DNA of 46,495 bases from assembly GCA_049298935.1 (NCBI GenBank), contig JBAQWN010000002.1, positions 1-46,495 on the forward strand, in the 5' to 3' direction. The DNA comes from Minisyncoccia bacterium (lineage in GTDB: Bacteria > Patescibacteriota > Minisyncoccia > Phycocordibacterales > Phycocordibacteraceae). The translations under genes were made by a program, and so were the position numbers. Shown here piece after piece: positions 32,951-42,052 of this stretch (position 1 is the stretch's first letter; the number at the start of each line of letters is the position of its first letter). Under the pieces are notes generated by a model that was not told where the DNA came from, made no database searches, and saw only the letters and a program-made list of their open reading frames with translations.

Positions 32951-34287
32951 GGCGTTTTGGGTCAATCACACTTCTTCTCTTACTCTCAGCAGGAGCTGTT
33001 CTCGGCTATCCGAGATTTGTGAGAGCTGACGCCGCATCAGATATACAGACAAAAATAGATACAAACAAACTGCAGGTCAGCGCACTCGAAGCGGACATTG
33101 CCGCATTTCAAAAGCAACTCAATGAGCTTGGGACAAAAAAGAATACTCTGCAGTCGACGATCAGCACGCTCGCCCTCTCGCAGCAACAGCTCGCTGCACG
33201 GATTAAGATAACGCAGAACAAGATCGCTTCAGCCAATCTTCAGATACAAGAACTCTCTCTTTCGATCGGTGATAAAGAAGCCGTTATTGTCATCGATCAA
33301 AATGCCATCGCGAAAGCACTTCGCCGTGTCGCTGAAGACGAGCAAAATTCACTCGTCGCTCATCTCATCTCATCTCATTCTCTACAAGATGCTTGGCAAG
33401 TAGCTGATGAGGCCCTGCAGTTTAATCGTGCGCTCTCAGACGATATTAATAATCTGCGTGTTGTGCGCACTGAGCTCACGACGAATCGCGATCAAGTGAG
33501 TGCAGTGAAGACAGATCTGTTGGCGCTTCAGAAGGATCTCACACTCCAAAAGCGTTCTATTGACGCAAGTAAGGTGGCACAACAGCAGATTCTGGCGCAA
33601 ACGAAAAATCAAGAGTCAAATTATCAAAAGCTCATCGCGCAGAAGCAGGCGGCTGAGAAAGCGTTCGAACAGGAACTTGCTGATCTACAGGGACAGCTGA
33701 ACCTTATTGTGCACCCCGATCTCTTGCCGAAGATTGGTTCAGGAGTCATTTCGTGGCCGTTCAGTATCTCCTTCATGTCTAATTGTACTCAGCGCAAGAG
33801 TGTGTTCGGTAATCTCTTCTGTATTACTCAATATTTCGGCAATACGGCATTCTCGACAGCGAACGCGCAAATCTATAATGGTCACGGACATAATGCTATC
33901 GACATCGCTTCGCCGATTGGTACGCCAATCTATGCGGCGCTTGGTGGCACGGTGCTCGCTACGGGCAACACTGATCTGGTGCGCGGATGCTACTCCTTTG
34001 GGAAATGGGCCATGATTGTTCATGGAAATGGGCTGAGTACTCTCTATTCGCACCTCTCTTCGATAGATGTGACAAAAGGGCAGCAGGTGGAGACTAGACA
34101 GCTTGTAGGGCTCTCTGGTATGACGGGTTATGCGACTGGTCCACATCTTCACTTTGGCGTTTATGCGACTGAAGGAACGCAGATTATGACCCTGCGCCAG
34201 TTCCGTGGTTCGACGATCGGTTGTGCCGATGCGACCATGCCAATAGCGACTCTCACCGCGTATCTGAATCCATTGTCGTATCTATAG
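32947..34287 (+). CDS. Coiled-coil M23 (LytM-type) peptidase, EnvC-like
   Basis: Signal/anchor sequence, a ~230-aa coiled coil, then HNAIDIASPIGTPIYAA and GPHLHFGVY (HxxxD and HxH M23 motifs). ATGA overlap with gltX. Confidence 0.85.
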   Translation: MRRFGSITLLLLLSAGAVLGYPRFVRADAASDIQTKIDTNKLQVSALEADIAAFQKQLNELGTKKNTLQSTISTLALSQQQLAARIKITQNKIASANLQIQELSLSIGDKEAVIVIDQNAIAKALRRVAEDEQNSLVAHLISSHSLQDAWQVADEALQFNRALSDDINNLRVVRTELTTNRDQVSAVKTDLLALQKDLTLQKRSIDASKVAQQQILAQTKNQESNYQKLIAQKQAAEKAFEQELADLQGQLNLIVHPDLLPKIGSGVISWPFSISFMSNCTQRKSVFGNLFCITQYFGNTAFSTANAQIYNGHGHNAIDIASPIGTPIYAALGGTVLATGNTDLVRGCYSFGKWAMIVHGNGLSTLYSHLSSIDVTKGQQVETRQLVGLSGMTGYATGPHLHFGVYATEGTQIMTLRQFRGSTIGCADATMPIATLTAYLNPLSYL

Positions 34288-34418
34288 TTGTTCTAATCTT
34301 TTGCTCAGAAGCCCTTGGCTGATATGCGCAAAAGATATATTGTGCGCACACTAAGTAATTCTCTACGTGCACAAGAGACTGGAATCAAACACTCTATCCC
34401 CTACTCAGACTGAGCCAG

Positions 34419-35138
34419 TTAGCACGAAACATTTGCGATGATGTAGTCGTATGCTTCGTCAACCGTATCAACAAGTGTGTAAATTTTTAAATCATCTTCG
34501 CTAATGTAGGAAAATTCTTGGTACAGCGTTTTCTCAATAACAGAGACAATCGGTTCCCAATAGGATTTGCCAAAAAGGATGATCGGTACGCGTCGAATCT
34601 TCTTTGTCTGTACAAGGGTGGCGATTTCAAAAAATTCATCAAGTGTACCGAAGCCTCCAGGGAAATAGACATAGACTTCAGAGGCGAAGGTGAGCATCAC
34701 CTTTCGCACGAAGAAATGGTCGAAGACAAATCGATCGGTCAGAAACTTATTATAGTCTTGGGCGGTTGATAAATGTATATTGAGCCCGACCGAAGCGCCG
34801 CCAGCTTCATAGGCACCTTTATTTGCCGCTTGCATGATACCGGAGCTACCACCGGTGATGATAGCGAAACCTTTCTTTGCGAGGCGACCAGACAGCTCGG
34901 TTGCGTGCATATAGATCTCACTGTCAGGAGAAGTGCGTGCACTACCGAAGAAGGTTGCGGCAAGGCTATACCGGCGAATAACATCAAAGCCTTCGACGAA
35001 CTCGGACATGATCTTGAAGATCCTCCATGACTCAACCTTGTTTGGTTTGCAGACCATGAGAGGACGGTCTTCGGGCATAGTGCGCTGCCCTTCGTGTATC
35101 GCCTGCGCGAGACGTTCATGCATCGGTCCATCAGTCAT
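34419..35138 (-). CDS. LOG family (TIGR00730-type) Rossmann-fold nucleotide-binding protein
   Basis: ATG 35138 is chosen because the longer ORF overlaps the upstream gene. FFGSAR, GGSSGIMQAANKGA and PGGFGTLDEFFE motifs. Confidence 0.8.
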   Translation of the reverse strand: MTDGPMHERLAQAIHEGQRTMPEDRPLMVCKPNKVESWRIFKIMSEFVEGFDVIRRYSLAATFFGSARTSPDSEIYMHATELSGRLAKKGFAIITGGSSGIMQAANKGAYEAGGASVGLNIHLSTAQDYNKFLTDRFVFDHFFVRKVMLTFASEVYVYFPGGFGTLDEFFEIATLVQTKKIRRVPIILFGKSYWEPIVSVIEKTLYQEFSYISEDDLKIYTLVDTVDEAYDYIIANVSC

Positions 35139-35144
35139 TTGTAT

Positions 35145-35150
35145 ATTGTA
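35145..35150 (-). promoter_or_regulatory. -10-like TACAAT (minus strand), 6 nt upstream of ATG 35138
   Basis: The plus-strand ATTGTA at 35145-35150 reads TACAAT-ATACAA-ATG on the minus strand. Confidence 0.35.
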
Positions 35151-35155
35151 CTTGA

Positions 35156-35494
35156 TTAAAGTCCTTTGCAATTTGTTGCGGGAGAATAACCTGCCGCTTG
35201 TGCCGCTAGAGCTGAGACAAACCATATTTTATTTGCGTCTGAAATAGCATTTGCACATTCGGGGAGGTAATACTTCGTGCCATTTTTTGAGGCCACTATT
35301 TTTCCTTCTGCCTCGGGCACCGTAAGAGGTGAGAGGTCACTTCCCTGCCCTGCTTGACCCGCATCGATACCCGCTAAATACCCGAGCCCGAAGCTCGCTG
35401 AAGAGGCTAAAATGAGTATAGAAATGATAAGAATGTCTCTTGGGACCTTGCCGACGAAGCTTTTGCATTTCTCCCGCACCTCTGCTATAGTCAT
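35156..35494 (-). CDS. Small membrane-anchored protein with a C-terminal Cys-containing motif (Ada/sunset-domain-like)
   Basis: TM ILIISILILASSASFGLGYL. C-terminal YYLPECANAISDANKIWFVSALAAQAAGYSPATNCKG resembles the Y-x-P-x-C...N..F.S...A...GY.P...C motif. Family assignment is tentative. Confidence 0.5.
   Translation of the reverse strand: MTIAEVREKCKSFVGKVPRDILIISILILASSASFGLGYLAGIDAGQAGQGSDLSPLTVPEAEGKIVASKNGTKYYLPECANAISDANKIWFVSALAAQAAGYSPATNCKGL
35483..35491 (+). promoter_or_regulatory. Extended -10-like box TGCTATAGT upstream of rpmA (22 nt to ATG 35514)
   Basis: It overlaps the first codons of the divergent gene (35494). Confidence 0.4.
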
Positions 35495-35502
35495 TAGGTA
35501 AA

Positions 35503-35511
35503 ACTATAACA
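35503..35511 (-). promoter_or_regulatory. Extended -10-like box TGTTATAGT (minus strand), 8 nt upstream of ATG 35494
   Basis: The plus-strand ACTATAACA at 35503-35511 reverse-complements to TGTTATAGT. Confidence 0.4.
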
Positions 35512-35513
35512 CT

Positions 35514-35786
35514 ATGGCATCAACAAAAGCTGGAGGTTCAGCCAAAAACCTAAATGATTCAAATCCAAAATATCTTGGCGTAAAGCTTGGTGACGGCGCA
35601 TCGGCAAAGCCGGGTGCTATTATCGTCCGTCAGCGCGGTACGAGGATTGAGGCTGGGAAAAATGTACGCGTTGGTCGCGATCACACACTCTTTGCAGTTG
35701 CTTCAGGGAAAGTCGCTTTCCGTACACGACGCAAGACCAGCTTCACGGGTCACACGATGATGAAGAAAGTCGTCGACGTCATTTAA
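35514..35786 (+). CDS. rpmA: 50S ribosomal protein L27
   Basis: [36 protein letters not shown]...[14 protein letters not shown], the canonical L27 sequence pattern. Confidence 0.95.
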   Translation: MASTKAGGSAKNLNDSNPKYLGVKLGDGASAKPGAIIVRQRGTRIEAGKNVRVGRDHTLFAVASGKVAFRTRRKTSFTGHTMMKKVVDVI

Positions 35787-35802
35787 ATCTAGTTCATAGA
35801 AA

Positions 35803-35838
35803 GAAAAAACCCGCGGCACAAGTGCCGCGGGTTTTTTC
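35803..35838. terminator. Bidirectional intrinsic terminator between rpmA and the convergent rplI operon
   Basis: GAAAAAA-CCCGCGGCAC-AA-GTGCCGCGGG-TTTTTT: a 10-bp GC-rich stem flanked by an A-run and a T-run. Confidence 0.85.
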
Positions 35839-35851
35839 TTTCTCGTGTGGA

Positions 35852-36481
35852 TTAAATCTGATAGCTTATTGTTTTTAAGATGCCATCCATCACCGTTGTA
35901 TCCACGTGTCCCGCTTGTTTGTCTGGGTTAGTAGTTCCCTTATCCTCTCCTGATTCGTACATAAGTCGTCTTTTCCCAGTAGGGTCTGACCAAAAGTAGT
36001 AAGTCGTTAACCAATGATTACCTCCCAATGTCATTCCAGAGTCTTGTTCACATGTTTTAACTTCAGTATTACTATCACTGATAATCCTGACTGAAGTCTC
36101 ACAATTGGTGCCAGCACGGCCCATGGCTTCTTCCGTCTTTAAACTGCTCGATGAATCATAAACCATCGCAATAACTTCAGTTGGTTGAGAAGGTATGTAG
36201 TTGCGTGATATGACAAGGGTTAAATTACTTTTAATATTTTCAACTTTAAAATTCGATGGGTATTTGAAGGTTATCTTTACTGAATCATCTTTATAACTAA
36301 GCCAGTTTGAAGTTTCGGTTTCATCGAAATGGCTATTTTTTGAAGTTGGTGAAGTTATTGTCGAGGGCGACTGCACCAGTATCGGCTGTTCGATATTGGC
36401 GTGCTGGCGTTGATAAAAATAAAAACCACCACCAATCGTTAGTGTTATTAAAATTGCAGTTATTGTATAGCGTGATAGCAT
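35852..36481 (-). CDS. Hypothetical membrane-anchored protein
   Basis: ATG 36481 lies 1 nt after the rplI stop. TM ITAILITLTIGGGFYFY, then a ~170-aa soluble domain. No family recognised. Confidence 0.55.
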   Translation of the reverse strand: MLSRYTITAILITLTIGGGFYFYQRQHANIEQPILVQSPSTITSPTSKNSHFDETETSNWLSYKDDSVKITFKYPSNFKVENIKSNLTLVISRNYIPSQPTEVIAMVYDSSSSLKTEEAMGRAGTNCETSVRIISDSNTEVKTCEQDSGMTLGGNHWLTTYYFWSDPTGKRRLMYESGEDKGTTNPDKQAGHVDTTVMDGILKTISYQI

Positions 36482-36482
36482 T

Positions 36483-36926
36483 TTATTCAGCCTCGATAGT
36501 GATTGAGAACTTGCCGAAGGTGTCGGCTGAAGAAACGGGGATATCAAATGTACCTATCTTTTTGATGGGCTTCTCGAGCTTGATGACCTCTTCAGGCAGG
36601 TCGATACGCGCCTGCTCTTTTACCGCCTGTGCAATATCTGCCTCGCTTACGGCGTCATACAGGTTTCCCTTCTCATTTGCCTTCATTTTGATAACGATAT
36701 GTGCGTCTACGAGCGAAGCGATGTTCTGGGTTAGAAGTGCGGCGTCGAGTGCTGAGCGATCGGCCGTTTGCTTTATGCGTGTCGCAGCCTCTTTCTTAGC
36801 GACGACGGTTGCGGCGATAGCAAACTTCTTAGGTATCAAATAATTAAGAGCGTACCCGTCTGAGGTTGTTATTTCCTCATGCGCACGCCCCATCCCCTTT
36901 ACGTCTTTAATCAATATTACTTTCAT
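36483..36926 (-). CDS. rplI: 50S ribosomal protein L9
   Basis: MKVILIKDVKGMGRAHEEITTSDGYALNYLIPKKFA. The ORF-track start at 36935 is a TTG; ATG 36926 gives the canonical N-terminus. Confidence 0.9.
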   Translation of the reverse strand: MKVILIKDVKGMGRAHEEITTSDGYALNYLIPKKFAIAATVVAKKEAATRIKQTADRSALDAALLTQNIASLVDAHIVIKMKANEKGNLYDAVSEADIAQAVKEQARIDLPEEVIKLEKPIKKIGTFDIPVSSADTFGKFSITIEAE

Positions 36927-36945
36927 ATCTCTCAAACTTACAGCA

Positions 36946-38205
36946 TTATTTCCCTGTCGTCAAAAAGCGAACGGCACGGGCCATTTGAGGGTCTACTTTT
37001 GGCGTTGTGGTGGCGCCAGGTGCCAGATAAGGGACAATAATGTCTGGTGTCACGCCATTACCCATAATCCAGTGCCCAGCTGGGGTGATCCATCGTGCGA
37101 CGGTGACTTTGAGCGAGCCACCATCGAGACCCATCAGTGTTTGTACTGAGCCCTTGCCGAAAGATTTGGTACCAATAATTGTCGCCGCATGATTGTCTTG
37201 TAGTGCGCCCGCGAGGATCTCAGAGGCTGAGGCAGAACCAGTATCGATAAGCACAACAACCTTTGTTCCTGCAGGCAGATCATTATATCCGAGACTGACG
37301 TGAGCATCGCCTTTTTTATTGTCACCAAAGTCCTCAGTCACAATAGTCGTGCCGCTCGCGAGGAAGTGACTCGCGATATCGACCGACGCATCGAGATATC
37401 CGCCGGGGTTGCCACGCAAATCGACTACAAGCTTCTTTGATCCTGATGCTTTGAAGCGATCGAGAGCACGCGCAAAAAGGTCTGCGGAGTTCGAGGTGAA
37501 TTCAAAGAGTGCGATATGGTAGACACCGCTTGTCGTGTCGAGGCCGTCATCAGTCTCGGGTATCTGGATCGTATCGCGAACGACTTTGATATCGAGTGGT
37601 TTACCGTTACGGACAATGGTGAATGCGACGGTCGTGCCAATCGGTCCGCGAATCAGTAGGACTGCCGCTTCGACAGCGAGACCGTTGGTTGTCTTGCCGT
37701 CAATTGCAGCGATTTGATCCCCTGCTTTGATTCCTGCCGCCTGTGCCGGCGTATCTTTTAGAGGTGCGATGACGGTCAAAACACCATTTTTATTACCGAT
37801 TTCCATACCGACACCTGCGAAGCTTCCCGAAATACTCTCGGCAAATGCTTTCGATTCTTTTGGCGGGAAGAAGACAGTATACGGGTCGCCATATGAGTTT
37901 GCGAGACCACTAATGGCACCATATAGACGCTCCTTTGTAGATGGGAGTGTCGAGGATGCGTGGGTGATCACGTAGTTCGCTTCAAGAGCATTCCATGCTT
38001 TCCAAAAGGCGGTAAGGTCGGCTCTTTGGTCGGGTGTAGCGTCAAGACCGTCACCGAGGAGAGGAATGTGAGTGATGATGGTAGATGTAGGCCCGCCGGC
38101 ACCCATCGAGAAGCCGGCGAGGAACGCGACTGCGGCAACGAGTGCAAAAGAAACACCGCGCGCGGCAACACTACTGCCGCGAGAATGTACATCTTTAGAT
38201 TCCAT
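36946..38205 (-). CDS. ctpA: C-terminal processing peptidase (S41) with PDZ domain
   Basis: PDZ motif GIKAGDQIAAIDG. S41 blocks DLRGNPGGYLD and SASASEILAGAL. N-terminal TM. Confidence 0.85.
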   Translation of the reverse strand: MESKDVHSRGSSVAARGVSFALVAAVAFLAGFSMGAGGPTSTIITHIPLLGDGLDATPDQRADLTAFWKAWNALEANYVITHASSTLPSTKERLYGAISGLANSYGDPYTVFFPPKESKAFAESISGSFAGVGMEIGNKNGVLTVIAPLKDTPAQAAGIKAGDQIAAIDGKTTNGLAVEAAVLLIRGPIGTTVAFTIVRNGKPLDIKVVRDTIQIPETDDGLDTTSGVYHIALFEFTSNSADLFARALDRFKASGSKKLVVDLRGNPGGYLDASVDIASHFLASGTTIVTEDFGDNKKGDAHVSLGYNDLPAGTKVVVLIDTGSASASEILAGALQDNHAATIIGTKSFGKGSVQTLMGLDGGSLKVTVARWITPAGHWIMGNGVTPDIIVPYLAPGATTTPKVDPQMARAVRFLTTGK

Positions 38206-38212
38206 TCTACAA

Positions 38213-38221
38213 AGTATATCA
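38213..38221 (-). promoter_or_regulatory. Extended -10-like box TGATATACT (minus strand), 7 nt upstream of ctpA ATG 38205
   Basis: The plus-strand AGTATATCA at 38213-38221 reverse-complements to TGATATACT. Confidence 0.45.
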
Positions 38222-38268
38222 CGGACATTTCACTCACCACCTCTGTGGAAAGTGTTTTAAGGCAATCG

Positions 38269-38277
38269 TGGTAATAT
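38269..38277 (+). promoter_or_regulatory. Extended -10-like box TGGTAATAT, 6 nt upstream of corA ATG 38284
   Basis: It sits in the 78-nt divergent intergenic region. No SD. Confidence 0.45.
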
Positions 38278-38283
38278 AGGCTC

Positions 38284-39201
38284 ATGATATTTCGACATAA
38301 ATATCGCGGCGGCGTATGGGTTGACCTTGAGCATCCGACTGAAGAGGATGTGCGCAGTGTGACAAAAGAGTTTTCGATTGGTGAACGTCTTGAGGCTGAA
38401 TTGTTCTCGCCTACACTAGAGCCTCTCGTCGCGAGCGACGCTGGGGTGATATTTCTGGTCATTCACTTCCCAGCTAATGGCACGACGGATGGTGAGATGC
38501 GAGATCAAGAAATCGATTTGCTTGTCGGCGAGGGCTTTATCATCACAGTGCGTTATGAAGTCGTCGCGCCTTTGCACCGCTTGCAGAAACTTCTTGCGGC
38601 GCATCAGCTTATCTCGCCGCACGATGGTATTACGACCGACGCTCTTCTTGAGATACTTTTTGCTCACCTCTACACGTCTGTACGTGACCACATACACACG
38701 ATTGCAGATCGGCTCACCAGCGTCGAGCGAGACATGTTCAATGGTCTCGAGCACACCACCGTGCGTGCAATCTCGAATATCAGCCGAGAGTTCTTGCATA
38801 TCGAGGCGTCTCTCGCGAATCAGGGTGGGCCGCTCGAACATTTTATGAAAGCGCTCTCGTCAAAAGATTTTCTTGAAAAATCTTTTGACGATCGTTCTGT
38901 TCGTATTCTCGCAGAGCGTACCCAGGCAGTCAGGCTCGCGACGACCTATCGAGCCGTCGCGACAGAATTGCGCGAGACAAACGCGTCATTGCTCGAGGCG
39001 CGTCAAAATGAGATTATGAAGACACTTACGGTCGTTACGTTCATCTTCCTTCCGCTCGAGCTCATCACGTTTGTGTTTGGTATGCATGCACTCGGGACCC
39101 CCCTTGAGCAGAATCCGAATGCGTTTTGGATTATTGCAGCACTCATGTTTATTGTAGGTATTGGCATGACGCTTTACTTGAATCTTCGCCGCTGGCTCTA
39201 G
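38284..39201 (+). CDS. corA: CorA-family divalent cation transporter with GMH in place of the GMN motif
   Basis: A ~250-aa cytoplasmic domain, then two C-terminal TMs. LTVVTFIFLPLELITFVFGMHALGTP aligns with the CorA ..FLPLTFIAGIYGMNF.. block. Confidence 0.75.
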   Translation: MIFRHKYRGGVWVDLEHPTEEDVRSVTKEFSIGERLEAELFSPTLEPLVASDAGVIFLVIHFPANGTTDGEMRDQEIDLLVGEGFIITVRYEVVAPLHRLQKLLAAHQLISPHDGITTDALLEILFAHLYTSVRDHIHTIADRLTSVERDMFNGLEHTTVRAISNISREFLHIEASLANQGGPLEHFMKALSSKDFLEKSFDDRSVRILAERTQAVRLATTYRAVATELRETNASLLEARQNEIMKTLTVVTFIFLPLELITFVFGMHALGTPLEQNPNAFWIIAALMFIVGIGMTLYLNLRRWL

Positions 39202-39204
39202 TCT

Positions 39205-40668
39205 ATGAAAGCATTAATCTCGCGCTTATTCGGAGGGAAGAAAGAAGATGGTCACTCTCCTCTTTCTCAAGTTTTTTTCACCAACACACTGTCGTGTACG
39301 AAAGAGCTTTTTGTATCACAGAAACTTGGTGTTGTACTCCTATATTCCTGCGGTCCAACAGTCTACGGGCAACAGCACATAGGCAATATGCGTGCCGTCG
39401 TCTTTTCTGACACACTCGCAAGAACACTTAAATCGGCGCGGTACCGAGTGAAACGTGTGATAAATATCACCGACGTCGGTCACATGGTCGGTGACGGTGA
39501 TGGTGGCGAGGACAAAATGGCCGTTGGTGCGAAGCGCGAACATCTTACCCCTGAGGAAGTCGCTACACGCTATACGAAAATGTATCTCGACGACATTGAA
39601 GATTTGAATGTTGATGTCGCTGATATCTCTTTCCCGCACGCCTCGGATTATATTAAGGAGCAGATCGCGCTCGCAAAAACGCTTGAAGAAAAAGGGTTCG
39701 CCTATCGTCTTGCGGACGGTTTGTACTTTGACACTCAAAAATTTACAGACTACGGGAGGCTTGGTGGTGTTGCGAATGCTCGCCTTGAGGCTGGTGCGCG
39801 TGTTGAGGTCGTTGTGGGAAAGCATCATCCTGCTGACTTTGTCCTCTGGAGGGTTGCAAAGCCAAATGATCTACAGCAATGGAGTTCCCCGTGGGGTTCC
39901 GGGAATCCGGGCTGGCATATTGAGTGTTCAGCGATGATCCGATCACTCCTCGGACAGGAAATCGACATCCACACGGGTGGCGAAGAGCACGTCTCGGTAC
40001 ATCACAATAACGAAATTGCACAGTCCGAGGCGGCGAGTGGACGAACGTTCGTTCACTATTGGATGCATAACGCACACCTCACTATGGGGACGGAGAAGAT
40101 GTCGAAGTCACTTGGCAATGTTGTGTGTCTTTCGGATATCACGGGAAAAGGTTTTCATCCCTTGGCACTGCGTTACTTCTTCCTCCAAGCGCATTATCGC
40201 ACTCACCTCTCCTTCTCGTGGGATGCTCTTGCGGGCGCGGCGGGTGCACTTGATCGACTCTGGAAGATGTCTCGCGAGATAGCTGAAGAGTCGAAGTGTG
40301 TTAGCGAGTCATCTGAAGTGCTTGCGCATTTTATCGCGACTATGCGCGACGATCTCGCGACACCACAAGCGCTCGGTATTCTTTGGGATGCTTTGAAAAA
40401 TGAAGAACTCTCTTCGGGAGAGAAGTGGGGTTTGATTAAAGTTGCAGATGAGCATCTTGGCCTCTCACTTATTACTCCTCCACCAACAAAGTCTCTCTCC
40501 GAAGAAGATATTCCAGAAGACATGCGCGAATTGATCGCGCGCCGCAAGGTGGCGCGCGACGCAAATGATTTTGCCGAGTCAGATCGTATCCGTGCTGAAA
40601 TCGAGAAGTGTGGATATCGTGTGGATGATGGCCCGAAGGGCGTAGTGTTGACTCGGACGACTTTTTGA
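39205..40668 (+). CDS. cysS: Cysteine--tRNA ligase
   Basis: CGPTVYGQQHIGNM (HIGH), KMSKSLGN, WHIECSAM. There is a ~20-aa N-terminal extension relative to typical CysRS. Confidence 0.9.
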   Translation: MKALISRLFGGKKEDGHSPLSQVFFTNTLSCTKELFVSQKLGVVLLYSCGPTVYGQQHIGNMRAVVFSDTLARTLKSARYRVKRVINITDVGHMVGDGDGGEDKMAVGAKREHLTPEEVATRYTKMYLDDIEDLNVDVADISFPHASDYIKEQIALAKTLEEKGFAYRLADGLYFDTQKFTDYGRLGGVANARLEAGARVEVVVGKHHPADFVLWRVAKPNDLQQWSSPWGSGNPGWHIECSAMIRSLLGQEIDIHTGGEEHVSVHHNNEIAQSEAASGRTFVHYWMHNAHLTMGTEKMSKSLGNVVCLSDITGKGFHPLALRYFFLQAHYRTHLSFSWDALAGAAGALDRLWKMSREIAEESKCVSESSEVLAHFIATMRDDLATPQALGILWDALKNEELSSGEKWGLIKVADEHLGLSLITPPPTKSLSEEDIPEDMRELIARRKVARDANDFAESDRIRAEIEKCGYRVDDGPKGVVLTRTTF

Positions 40669-40674
40669 TACAAT
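40666..40674 (+). promoter_or_regulatory. Extended -10-like box TGATACAAT, 6 nt upstream of dnaB ATG 40681
   Basis: It overlaps the cysS TGA stop. No SD. Confidence 0.45.
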
Positions 40675-40680
40675 CGAGAG

Positions 40681-42036
40681 ATGGCCGCTGACCGCATCCC
40701 TCCCCAATCCCTTGAGTCGGAACGCGCCCTCCTCGGAGCCCTCCTCTTAAAGCCAGACGCCATTCACGACGTCTCAGACCTCATTCACTCTGATTCCTTC
40801 TACGCCGAGAGGCACCGTACGATATTTGGCGTGATGCGCGAGCTCTCTGAGCGTGGCGAACCTATCGATCTACTCTCCCTCTCACAAAGGCTGCAAGATC
40901 AGGGTCTTCTTGAACGTGCGGGGAGTCGTAGCTATCTCGCTGAGCTTGCTGGGTCAGCACCAGCACCAGGGAACTTCACGCACTACGCTGAGCTTGTCTC
41001 GCGCAAGTTCTTGATGCGTTCGCTAATCGATGCGGCATATACGATTAGTGAATCAGCATATGATGAGTCGCGAGAGACGATGGAAGTTCTGGACGAAGCG
41101 GAGAAGAGTGTCTATGCCATCGGCAATGCCTCTGCGGCACACAAGTTCACAGCGATTGGTGACAAGGTCCATGAGGCGTGGGAGCGCATCGAGGCACTCT
41201 CTCATAAAGAAGATGGTATTCGCGGAGTACCTTCTGGCTTCCCCGCTCTCGACAATCTCCTCTCGGGATTCCATCCGTCTGATCTTGTTATTCTCGCCGC
41301 ACGACCATCGATGGGTAAGACCTCTCTCGCGCTCGACATCGCGCGCAACGCCGCAGTGCGTCACAACGTCCCTGTCGGCATCTTCTCTCTCGAAATGAGC
41401 TCTGAACAGCTTATCGACCGCATGCTCGCGGCAGAATCGTTTGTTAACTCGTGGAAGTTGCGCACAGGACAAGTGCGCGCCGAAGAAGATTTCAGTCGTA
41501 TTCGCGATGCTCTTGAAACGCTCTCAAAGGCTCCTATCTTTATCGATGACAAGCCAGGAAACAATATTCTCGCTATGCGTGCGGTCGCGCGACGCTTGAA
41601 GCGTGAGCGAGGCATTGGACTCATTGTTGTCGACTACCTCCAGCTTATGTCGCCGACATCGTCCAAATCTTCCGATTCTCTCGTTCAACAAGTGACCGAG
41701 ATCTCGCGCTCGTTAAAGTCGCTTGCGCGCGAGCTCGAGGTGCCGGTCATCGCACTCTCACAGCTCTCGCGCGCTGTTGAACAGCGCGGTGGCAAGCCTC
41801 GTCTGAGCGACTTGCGCGACTCAGGCTCTATTGAGCAGGACGCTGATGTCGTGATGTTCATTCACCGCGAAGATAAGCGAAACTCAGAAGGAGCTCGCCC
41901 GAACATTGCAGAGATCATGATTGAGAAGCATCGTAACGGGCCGACCGGCTCGACCGAGCTCTATTTCGACGAGAAACGCGCAAGCTTCCAGTCAGTCGAC
42001 ACGGCTGGGTACGGAGATTTGGCAAAGGAGTTTTAA
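40681..42036 (+). CDS. dnaB: Replicative DNA helicase
   Basis: PPQSLESERALLGALLL N-terminus. Walker A ARPSMGKTS. VDYLQLM. LSQLSRAVEQR. No intein-sized insertion. Confidence 0.95.
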   Translation: MAADRIPPQSLESERALLGALLLKPDAIHDVSDLIHSDSFYAERHRTIFGVMRELSERGEPIDLLSLSQRLQDQGLLERAGSRSYLAELAGSAPAPGNFTHYAELVSRKFLMRSLIDAAYTISESAYDESRETMEVLDEAEKSVYAIGNASAAHKFTAIGDKVHEAWERIEALSHKEDGIRGVPSGFPALDNLLSGFHPSDLVILAARPSMGKTSLALDIARNAAVRHNVPVGIFSLEMSSEQLIDRMLAAESFVNSWKLRTGQVRAEEDFSRIRDALETLSKAPIFIDDKPGNNILAMRAVARRLKRERGIGLIVVDYLQLMSPTSSKSSDSLVQQVTEISRSLKSLARELEVPVIALSQLSRAVEQRGGKPRLSDLRDSGSIEQDADVVMFIHREDKRNSEGARPNIAEIMIEKHRNGPTGSTELYFDEKRASFQSVDTAGYGDLAKEF

Positions 42037-42052
42037 TATCGCAACCATCACT

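Noticed and set aside
34288-34418. Longest intergenic region (131 nt, convergent M23/LOG genes) as a possible sRNA or SRP RNA locus
   Set aside because: I found only an imperfect hairpin (TCTTTTGC...GCAAAAGA, ~34298-34336) without a T-run, plus short palindromes (GTGCGCAC, CTCAGACTGAG). No conserved ncRNA motifs were recognised. It may just hold weak terminators.
39205-39270. ~20-aa N-terminal extension of CysRS as a targeting or regulatory peptide
   Set aside because: I could not exclude a downstream non-ATG start, and no motif was recognised, so the evidence is too weak for a finding.
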